From assembly GCA_907165135.1 (NCBI GenBank), contig OU015569.1, positions 1,178,001-1,242,000 on the forward strand: a stretch of DNA of 64,000 nucleotides, in the 5' to 3' direction. Numbering within the stretch: position 1 is the first letter of the stretch; each line of letters starts with the position of its first letter. The notes beneath the pieces were generated by a model. It was not told where the DNA came from. It saw nothing but the letters and a program-made list of their open reading frames with translations, and ran no database searches. Positions 49,901-60,522 of this stretch are shown one piece after another. The translations under genes and the position numbers were made by a program. The DNA comes from Oikopleura dioica. Taxonomy: Eukaryota; Animalia; Chordata.

Positions 49901-52900
49901 GAAATGAACTCGCTCGACACTGCTGTACCTCTAGTTGATGGCTTTGCTTCTGAATCTGTGTCTTGTCGATCTGCTTGTCTCACCGCTCTCCAACAACTCA
50001 TGCCCGAGCACGGCAAAGATGAAGAGAGCTCCAAGTTGGAAGATTACCTTTCCCATCGCGTCTACTCCTCGAGGCACTCAACAGAGATGTCACTCAAGAT
50101 CCTAGCAGACCAAACAATGGGAGATCTCGATTTATTCCCACCAGAGGACTCTCTCAAGCGCCTCTGCGACGATTGCTCGAGTGGAATTTATCATCTTGAA
50201 ATTCAAGCCTCCAAAGCTCTTGCTGAGCTCCTCAGAACCGTTCCCATTTCGGAAGAAGCAGAAGATTTTGCATTGCCAGAAGAAGTTTGCCAAGAATCGT
50301 GCAACGAAGCATTGTCATTGTTGATGGATGCGTTTAAATTCGAGTTCGAGGAAGCAGGGCCAAAGTATGATGAAGTTGGAAGACTTCTCAAAAACCGGGA
50401 AGATCGATCTGTGCGACGATACGGTCTCGGAGCCGGTATGAAAATGATCGCTAGTGGAATTACTAGCGACAAAGCCATGGAGCTTTTCCTTCTCCTTGTA
50501 CCAGATGCACTTAATGATTCGAATGTCGACGTCGCCGCGGAAATGCTCAACGTAGGAGTCGCAGCTGTCGATACACACGGAATGACTCTGATGAAGGACA
50601 TTTTGACGCTTTTTGACAAATATCTCGAAGGTGGAAAGAGCCAGGGTGATGCTGATGGTGCTCGACAATCAGTCGTTGTTCTCCTTGGACGATTAGCCTC
50701 GCATCTGCCAGTTACTGATCCTCGAGTGAAACCTATCATCGGAAAACTTATTGCTGCACTTAGCGTGCCATCAGAAATGGTTCAGAAAGCCGTTGCAAAT
50801 TGTCTTCCAGGCCTTGTTCCTGCTATCAAATCGGACGCAAAGAATGTCATCAACGGGCTTCTCTCTTTGGCACTAGAATCAAACAACTATGGCGAGCGAC
50901 GAGGAGGTGCTGCTGGTTTGGCTGGTATGGTTAAGGGTCTTGGCATCTTATCATTGAAAAAGTACGATATCCTGAAGAGACTTCTCGCCGCTGTTCAAGA
51001 CAAGAAATCTGTAATCAAACGCGAAGGTGCTCTCTTGTGTTTTAGTTCCCTTTGCTATTCCCTCGGCCGTCTATTTGAACCTTTTATCGGCAAAGTGCTG
51101 CCTGAACTGCTTGAATCATTCGGTGACAATGTCAAGTGTGTACGAGAAGCAGCAGAAGAAGCGGCTATTAATGTGATGAAATCATTGAGTGCACACGGAG
51201 TCAAGCTCGTTCTCCCAGCTCTTTTGAAAGCGCTTGAAAACGATACTTGGCGAACAAAAGTCGGTGGCGTTGATCTCCTCGGTATGATGAGCCACTGTGC
51301 ACCAAAGCAATTGTCAAAATGTCTCCCACAGATCGTGCCCTACCTGATCGAGGTGTTGGCTGACTCGCATCCTAAGGTATCAAAGGCGGGTCGCGAAGCT
51401 CTCGCACAGGTCGGCGATGTAATTCAAAACCCCGAGATCAAGGCGCTGAGCAACTTCTTGCTAGAAGGATTGGCCAGCCCGGCGCAGAAAATCGCGCCCG
51501 CTCTGGTCGAACTCAACAAGACACGATTTGTCCATCATATTGATGCGGCCTCGCTTGCCCTGATTATGCCCATTGTGCAAAGAGCGTTCAACGAGCGCTC
51601 GGCGGAAACGCGCAAACTTTCCGCGCAGATTATCTCGGGCATGTGTGCAAAGAACGCCAACTTGTGTACTGAGTCCGATCTTCAACCCTATTTGGGATCA
51701 ATCATGCCCGGTTTGAAGGGAACGCTTACCGATCCTGTGCCAGACGTAAGAGCCACTGCAGCAAAAGCAATCGGAAACGTCGTCGCTATCTCCAGCGATG
51801 GATCAGTTACAGATGGACTCCACGAGTGGCTTAATGGTCTTCTTACATCAGACTCAAGCGCGGTTGATAGATCTGGCGGTGCTCAAGGTCTTGCGGAAGT
51901 CATGTTCGCCCAGGGCGTGGAGGAACTCGACGAGCTTATTCCGAAGATGATCAAGATGGCCTCCGACACCAGATTAGCTCCAACTATCCGAGACGGTTAT
52001 TGTATGGCTTTCATTTACTTCCCAGTTGTCTTCCGTCAACAATTCTCCGAGTATATTTCCAAGATTATTCCAGGTAACGAAAAGTGAAAATAGCATATTA
52101 TCATTGAAAAATAGCTCTCTTGGTAAACTTGGCGGACGAACAAGAATATCTTCGAGATACCGCTTTGAAGGCTGGCAAGAAGATTATCCAATTGTTTGCC
52201 GACAGTGCCATCAAACTCCTTCTTCCTGAGCTCGAAAGTGGACTCTTGGATGAAAACTGGCGTATTCGATTCAGGTATCTACTCCTTCATGTAATTGTAT
52301 ATAATCAAATTCGTAGCTCCGTACAATTGCTTGGAGATCTCTTGTTCCACATCACTGGTATTTCTGGAAAGATGTCATCAGAGTCTGGCGGAGACGAAAG
52401 CTTGGGAAGTGTGGAAACTCAGAAAGCGATCATCAACAAGCTCGGAGAAGACGTTTACAATCGTGTTATGGCTGGTCTCTACATGTGCAGGTTAGCATTT
52501 CATCCTAAAAAATATTTGAAAATTTGATGAAATATCTGTATTCAAATTTTGTTAAGAAACGACATTGCTCTCAACGTTCGATCATCTGCCCTCCATGTCT
52601 GGAAGTTGCTCATCAACAACACCGCCCGAACTATCCGCGAGGTGCTTCCGATCCTCATCGAGCTTATTCTCAAGAACTTGGCCTCCGAGCACGAGGATAA
52701 CCGTTCGATCGCGTCGAGAACTCTCGGTGACTTGGCGAAGAAACTTGGAGAACGCATCCTTCCTAAACTCATGCCGATCCTCAACAGAGGCCTCAAAACT
52801 GGCACTGACGAGCAGCGACAAGGCGTTTGCATCGGTCTCTCTGAAGTCATATCCGCTGCTAGCAAAGATATGGTTGCAGTTATGGCGGCAGATGTTGGTC

Positions 52901-55168
52901 CTACTATTAAACGTGCTCTTTCTGATTCTAACGAGAACGTTCGACAGGAAGCAGCCTGTACCTTCGATGTTCTTCATAATAAGCTTGGCTCTCAGGTTTG
53001 TTTTCTATAACTTTTAATACTATAAGAATAAAATTATAGGCAGTTGAAGAAATTATCCCTCACCTGGTTGGTTTGCTCGACTCTCAGAGAAACGAGCGAG
53101 CGTACGCCCTCGATGGTCTTAGAAAAGTACTCGTTTCGAAGGGACGCTCTGTTCTTCCTGCTGTTCTTCCAAAACTCACAGAACCTCCTGTTAACTGTGC
53201 AACTCTTTCCTCTCTTGCTGCTGCTTCCGGCGAGCATTTGAGTCGATACGTTGATCAGGTTATGGAGGCATTAATTGGAGCTCTTGCCGATGAAGATTGC
53301 TCTGAAGAGAAGCTCAAAGAATGTACCATCATTATCGATGAAGTTTCGGACGACTACGGTGCCTCACTCATTCTCAGCGAGATCCTCGATGCAACGAAAG
53401 ATGAAGACGCAGGTCGACGAACCGCTGCAGCGTTGCTCACAAAAGAGTTCGTCACGCGTACTGAAGCCGACTACTGTGATTATTACGGTGCTATGTTCAG
53501 GGATATGCTCCAGTATGATCTTATTAATTGTGCTCGCGATAATTTATTTTAAGGCTTATGACTGATGCTCCTGAATCCCCTACGTTGGAGCTTGCTTGGG
53601 ATTCTCTGCAATTCGTTGTTAAAAGAATGGACGCAGAGGAGTTACAAAATCATCTGGCGTCGCTGAGACAAGCAATCTCTTTCATCAAAAAAGAACTTGA
53701 CTCAGAAGGCCATCTCCCCGGCTTCGGTCTTCCTAAGAAGGGAATCAACTGTCTCGTTCCTCTTTTCAAGGAGTGCATTCTCAACGGCGGCCCTGAGGTC
53801 AAAGAACAGTGTGCCCAGTGCATGCAAGACGTGATTTCGATGTGTCCTCCAGCCGCGATAAAACCTTCCATCATTGGTATCACTGGACCACTCATTCGAG
53901 TACTTGGAGATCGATACGGATGGCAAGTGAAAGTGCCACTCATAGCATGCCTTAATCTACTCCTGAGCCGCTGTGGACTTGGACTCAAGGCCTTCCTTCC
54001 GCAGCTGCAAACAACATTTGTCAAGGTTGAGTGCTTTACTTTACTCGGGGGCTTTTCGTTTTAAAAGAACAGCGTTTTGGGTTTCCGCTATTTGGCAAGG
54101 ATATGCCCAATTAAGCAACACATATTCTAGGCGATGCATGACGAGTCCCGCGAGATTCGGTTTTCCGGCGCGGAAGCCCTCGGCAAATTGGCAGTGCATA
54201 GTACGAAAGTGATTCCACTCACGACCGAGCTCAAAAACGCCATCGAAAAGTGCTCCGATCCAGAATTCTACACTACTTACTGTCACGCACTGCGTCTCGT
54301 TGTCGAATCTGCTGGAAAGAAAGTCACAACTGAGCTACGAAATGAAATTATCGAACTTATGGAGGAAAACATTCGACTTGGTAAATACATTTTCTTTCAG
54401 AATAAAAAAATCTCACAAATTATTTCAGAGGATGAGAAATCGCGACTTTGCTCGGCTGGTGTGTTGGGTGCTTGCGTTGCAGGTCATGAAGATCCTGAAG
54501 TTGAAGCCCTCGACGACTTGCTTGATGTTGATTGTGTTGGACAACTCGAAGCGCTTTCTGTTGTCATGAAGCTGAACCCAACAATGCTTCTAGCGAAAGA
54601 AGACATCGGCCAACTACTGATTGGTAGCATCAGATTTTGTTTATCTTTCTAGTGACATACTGTTTTTAGCAAACGTGAAGGTAGCAAAAGAGAACGCGCA
54701 AGCGGTTGCGTTGACAGCTGCATATGCTGTCAAGCACTTTGATAGCGAATCGTACCCTGGCTTCCTGCATAAAGTTTTGAAAGAGTTGATGGTTGCAGGA
54801 CCAACAGAAGCGCAGCAAACATTAGGAAATGCGTTAGCATGGACACAGAAGCCGATGGAAGAAGCAAACACAAGTCTCTGTCAATATGTCGTTGTCGGTT
54901 GCAAGAGTCTCGACTTGCAAATAAAGGTTAGAGCACTAGCATATCAATTTGTTGAATTGAATTTTAGTCTGCATTTGAAACATGTTTGACGGTGATGTCG
55001 AAAGTCCGAGAGAGTGACCAGAAACTCGAAGATTTCTTGGCGCGTTGCCCCTCTGGAAAAGACAACACCTGGATCAACGAGTTCTGTCGCACTGGTGGAA
55101 GACTTAGAAGATTGGCTATCACTACTCCAGTGATAAAACAACCAGATGTTACTCTGCTATTGGAATAA
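46919..55168 (+). CDS. GCN1: GCN1, HEAT-repeat activator of the eIF2-alpha kinase GCN2
   Basis: Roughly 2600 codons. Motifs NYGERRGGAAGLAGMVKGLGI, REGALLCF..LC.SLGRLFEPFI, WRTKVG..DLLG.M..CAPKQLS.CLPQIVP, DRSGGAQGLAE, DENWRIRFSSVQLLGDLLF, ITGPLIRVLGDRY.WQVK. Confidence 0.96.
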
Positions 55169-55322
55169 GAAGTGAATGAAAATGTGAAACGGTGAAATCA
55201 GAAAACGATACAAAATATTTTAGAAGAAATTCTGTCCTGCTGCAACATCTAGAATAATTTAATATCATTACAAGTTCAATGCTCTAAAAATGTTTATGAT
55301 GTTAACGTCGTTTTCGTTTAGT

Positions 55323-56377
55323 ATGTCTGGCGGTATGGGAATGAACGGAATGGGACATGGGATGGGGAACCCTCATAACCAGGGTAGAATGATGGGTAAT
55401 CAGATGATGGGAAGCATGGGACAGCAAATGGGCCATCCTGGCATGATGGGACCAATGGGCCAAATGGGACACCCACAGCATCAGGGGCATCCGCAGCAGG
55501 TACAATTCACTTTCTCGCTTGATACATGAGTCGCCTGTCAGATAGGAATGAACATAAATACTAGATGGGAGGAATGATGAATCAAATGGGAGCTCACGGT
55601 ATGGGAATGGGACAAATGATGAACCACAATCAAGGGCAGTCACATTTCAATCCGATGAACCAAGCGATGATGAACCAGCCACCGGTAATTCAAAATACCA
55701 AAACTATTTAGCCATCAAAGGTTTTAGGCACAAATGATGAATCCAATGAATCAAATGCAAAATCCATCTCAAATGGGTGGACCCCAACAAAATCCGCCTC
55801 ATTCGCAGATGGGTTCAACGCCTATGCCAGGGCAGCAGAATATGGTTCAACAGCAGCAAATGAATCATGCCCAGGACCAAGAGGTAACTTTACGTATTCT
55901 AAGCAGTGTCTAATAGTCATTCTAGCGAAATAGATTCATTGCTGAACTGGAGTTCGTCCAGTGCCTTGCAAACCCGAACTATATCAATTTCCTTGCACAA
56001 GAAGGATATCTAAAAAAGACAGAGTTTCTTAATTATCTGAGGTATTTGGAGGTACGTCAATCTATCGATGAATGTCAATGACTTGAAAATAATAGTATTG
56101 GAAAGATCCAAAATATGCAAAGCTGATAAGATACCCGACCTGCCTTCGTTTTCTCGAGCTTCTCTTGGACCCTCACTTCCGGGAAGCGATCGCGATGAAA
56201 AAGAACGCCAAAGAAATTGATGATCAGGTGATGCTCACTGGATTTCTCCATTTTTTTACCCTCGATAAGATTTTGCTGGCTTGGAACAGAAGGCATCGTA
56301 TTCGCAACGAAAGGATGCAAAAGGCGCACGCGAGACAAGAACAAAACCTCGCAAATCAAAACAGCAAATCCGCCTAA
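55323..56377 (+). CDS. MED31: Mediator subunit 31 (SOH1) with a long Met/Gly/Gln/Asn-rich N-terminal extension
   Basis: [26 protein letters not shown]...[31 protein letters not shown] is the SOH1 signature. Confidence 0.93.
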
Positions 56378-56509
56378 GTTCAATACGTCCAATTATCTAC
56401 ACGTTCTAGTTTCCCCAAATCAATCAAAAACTGCCCGTGTCGAAATATGTACATACATCAAAGTAAATCCGCGAGAGCCGCAACTGCGTCTAACGAAAGG
56501 GAGTTTAGA

Positions 56510-56957
56510 ATGCTTCGTCAGACTCGTCTTCTTCAAACTTGCATTCGTCTTTCTCAAAAACTCCATATCACGGAAGCTGCTTCGTCCCGCCTCGCCCAAG
56601 GAGGGATTTGAGAACGAGAAAGTGCCGTTTAGATGCAGTTTAGTTGCATTTGTGACAAACCCAGCAACAGTGTGTACGGAACCCGGTGAATATCTTCGCG
56701 TGTCCGTTGGTGGCGGCGGCTGCTCCGGTTACTCCTACGAATTCGAGCTGACTACCGAACCCATCGATCCAGAAAACGACCTTGTATTCACAAAGGACGA
56801 GCAGAAAGTAGTGACTGATGTGGACTCGATAGAATTCATGGATGGTGCGACGATCGACTACAAAATGGAGCTTATCAAAAAAGCGTTTGTTGTTGCGGAT
56901 AATCCCCTGGCCGATCAAAACTGTTCTTGCGGATCGTCGTTTTCAATTGACCTGTAA
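56510..56957 (+). CDS. ISCA2: Iron-sulfur cluster assembly protein A-type (ISCA2-like), mitochondrial
   Basis: Arg/Leu-rich presequence, LRVSVGGGGCSGYSYEF and C-terminal CSCGSSF. GA-AG intron 56601-56670. Confidence 0.88.
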
Positions 56958-57053
56958 ACACACGAAAAACATTCACTGTTAACCAATCTTCTGTTCCAAT
57001 AATAATGAATATCATTTCTTAAATAATCAGCGAGTATAATTTCGTTTTGTAGA

Positions 57054-58399
57054 ATGAGGCTATCATTATTGTTAACGCTGCAAATCGCGGTCGCACACAC
57101 TGAGTATATTGACTCTCAAATTCAAGGCCACTTTTCTCAATCTAGCCACACAAATAATTGGGCGGTACTTGTCTGCGCGTCAAGGTAAGCTTGCAGCGAG
57201 TGACAGAAACATGCGCAACATTTACTCAAGGTACTGGTTCAACTACCGCCACATCGCAAACACGCTGGCAGTTTACCGATCCGTGAAGCAGCTCGGAATA
57301 CCTGGTACATTTTTATTCATGTTTTATGCCATTTTTACTTGGAATGTAGATTCGCAGATCATGCTCTTCCTCGCTGACGATATGGCGTGCAATGGTCGCA
57401 ACGCTGAAATTGGTGCAGTCTACAATCACAAGAACAAACTCATTGATCTCTACGGAAAAGATGTCGAAGTGGACTTTAGAGGAGAAGAGGTCACTGTGGA
57501 AAATCTAGTGCGACTCCTCACTGGAAGACAAGACGAAGGTAAAGCATGTGTGCACCTGCAAGTGACAACGCCTGGCTGTTACAGCTGTTTTCTTTCCAAA
57601 AATAAATCAACAAGAGTTGTTTAGATACTCCCCGAAGTAGACGACTGAGCACAAACTCCAAATCGAACGTCTTGTTCTATTTAACCGGCCATGGTGGGGA
57701 GAACTTTCTCAAGTTTCAAGACGACGAAGAAATATCTGCAAAGGAGCTGTCTGATGCATTCGAGCAAATGAAGCAGAAAGAACGTTTCAATGAGCTTCTT
57801 TTCATTATCGGTACTGATCTAGGCAGTCGAGTTTGCTTTAATTCTGATCTCCAGATACCTGCCAAGGAGAGTCGATGATTCGTTCTACATACACAGAAGG
57901 ATTCGTTGGTTTCGCGTCTTCGAAAGTTGGTGAAGATTCTCTATCGCACCATGTGGATCACGACCTTGGCGTCTATATGGTCGACCGGTTCACTTACCAT
58001 CTTCTAGAGTTCCTCGAAAAGATCGAGCCAGACTCAGAAGAGCTCCTAAGCACAATGAAACGAGTCTGCCCTCCAAGCTTGTGTATTTCAACCCCGGTAA
58101 ACAAGTTCGACTTGCTCAAGCCCAACAGGCAGAAGACAGCTAAAGTCGTCGACTTCTTTGGCTCCGAGCGCGCTGCAATTTTCACCGAACTTCGGGAAGA
58201 AAATACAACAGCTCGATTCGCAGAAACGAAGACACAAGAGATGATTAAAATTCGTGATAAAAAAGTAGTTCCCCTCGCCGATGCACTGAAAGAAATTAAA
58301 TCTACTGCCAAAAATATGGAAAACGTTCATTTCTACGAAGAAAAGCGATACTTCGTCGTTTTACTGACCTTCGTATGTATAATCTGCTCTCTTATTTAG
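57054..58399 (+). CDS. PIGK: GPI-anchor transamidase catalytic subunit (GPI8)
   Basis: Signal peptide, [52 protein letters not shown]-terminal TM segment. Confidence 0.95.
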
Positions 58400-58616
58400 T
58401 TTAATTCTAGTATTTTTATTAACATTGACCTTATTCCTTCTGTAAATACTTCTGAAAGCCCCTGAATTACTTCAACATTCTACACTTCATCTCTTCAAAA
58501 GACAATGGCCTCATACATCCGTTTAGATAAGTTTCGAAATCGGAAGTACGCGATTTTTCCCCTAAAAAGACCGCCTTGACCAAGCGGTATTGGTCACTCT
58601 GACTCCGCGGGCGCGG

Positions 58617-60522
58617 ATGGCCCACGTGTCTAGTAGACATACATTCCGCGCTCGTAATCTCGATCCCGGTCGCCCACTAGAAGTCTATGGCAGAGATGAG
58701 CTGCACCAAAAGACAGATTGTAAGTCTTTTGTATCTATTTCCATTCTAACAGGTCTCTTTAGTCGTTCAGGGCGACCGTGCCATGCCGACTATGGCATCA
58801 GGCATGGAAGCTGAGGAAGAGACGGAGCATCACTTGCAACGCGCCATTGCAACGGAAACGGTATCATATCCTCTCGCTAGATGCAGACACTAACGAGTCT
58901 AATAGTTGTCCGGTGGCAAAAAGTTTATACCTACTCCCGAGCCAACGAAAGTAGAGTATTACAGGGATATTTACTCAGATGTTCGATTCATGACGAGAAA
59001 ATGGAAGCAAGGCTACGTCATACAAGTACGCTTAATCGTTGAATTGTTACCGCTAGAATTCTCTATCGCAATTTCAATTTCTAACGGTCTCTTAGGAAAT
59101 GAGAATATTTGAAGAAAATCCGCCGCTGTACAGTTTAGACGAAGAAGATGAGGCCTTCTGTAAATCTCTCGAAAACCCAAAGCTTGAACCCAAGGAGCTC
59201 GAAAACATGATTGATCAGCTGGAAGAATGCGAGCAGCATCAAGGGCCACTGCCTCCATTTTGTAAAGAGTGGAGTTGGGGCAGAGGGATTATTGGCGAGT
59301 ATTCTGACCATGCTGAAGCAGTTCATCAATTCTGGGTCAAGGTTAGCTCCCATCTTAGAGCTTGTATCAACAATTTTTTTAGAAACGCAGCAGATCCGAC
59401 GGCCCTCTACAATTACGTCTTATGAGAGAAAAGCCTGTGATGGAACCTGATTCAAACGAGTCCTACTTGTGCTTCAGGAAGAGGCTCGACAGAATACAAA
59501 CGCGTAGGAACAAACAACGAGACCAAATTGTAAGTTGCGACAAGAGATTCCTGTTTGCCTACTACAAATTTAGTCATACACTCGAATGGTGAAGCTACGC
59601 CGGGACCTAATGACTTTGCTGAACATGTGTGCTCTGATGAAAGACCGAGAACGCAAAAAAGCGGAACTGGTTGACAAGGAGTGCGCAATTCTAAATAAGC
59701 GGATTGCTTCTTGTGATTGGAACAATGAAACCATTAACGAGTACATAAGATCACAGGAGCCGGAAATTGTTCCCGAGAAAGTCAACGGATTCCAGGTAAC
59801 TCGTTAGTCTTGAATAGTTTTAAATAAATCAAGGTGAAGTCGAGTAGCAAAAACAACTCCGAAGCGTACTCAACTCACGATTCCTCGCCGGGCATTGCAC
59901 ACACAAGCGCAAAATCTGAACTGCCTAGCAAGGGTGCCAGGGAAAAGTATACCGAAAAATACAAGCCCAAAAAGAAGAAACCTGGTGGAGAATCGTCCAA
60001 ATTCTCCGAAGTGCGTCACCCCGCCTTTAACTCCAAATTCGATTTCAAACACGAAAATGCTAAGCCTGGCGCCTTCTATTTGGAGGAAAGGGATAGTAAG
60101 AGCTTGGAAAGCAAAGGTAAAGAATTAATGCCGTGGTGCACGAACGAAAATACTTTCAGACGGCGAACCCCATGAAGGCTATCGACTCTTATCAACACAC
60201 CACCGGACGTTAGGTTTCTGCCGCCGGCGACTCGGTCGTGGCGGTCGCATTCTGACGGATCGTGCCTTTCATCCTAATCACGAGACGGTAACTCAAATGA
60301 GTTTGCCTTCTCCAGACGAATCTCTCTCTTCTATTCCTCTCGAAGTTGCGGCCACTCCGGAAGGCACAACGGTACAGTCATCTTTAAAAAGGCCATTTGA
60401 TTTGAATCGCTATTTTTTAGATGAGAGCGATCCTTGATGACATCAAGAAACAGCGAGTTCGTCACTTTTCTCCCGGTGAACCTCGAAAACGTAAGCGAAT
60501 GAATCCGACCAAGAAAAGATAG
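58617..60522 (+). CDS. EPC1: Enhancer of polycomb homolog (NuA4/TIP60 subunit)
   Basis: FRARNLD...GMEAEEETEHHLQRAI, Y.LDEEDE, YLCFRKR...QTRRN, MVKLRRDL, GFCRRRLGRGGRILTDRA. Confidence 0.92.

Larger units (their letters stand above)
46919..60522 (+). other. Probable polycistronic (SL trans-spliced) operon GCN1-MED31-ISCA2-PIGK-EPC
   Basis: Five co-oriented housekeeping genes with stop-to-ATG gaps of 154, 132, 96 and 217 bp. The MED31, ISCA2 and PIGK ATGs sit one base after a T-rich AG acceptor (TTTAGtATG, TTTAGaATG, TGTAGaATG). Confidence 0.75.

Noticed and set aside
49322-54286. Numerous minus-strand ORFs over GCN1 and over the EGF gene
   Set aside because: Shadow ORFs antisense to well-supported coding exons.
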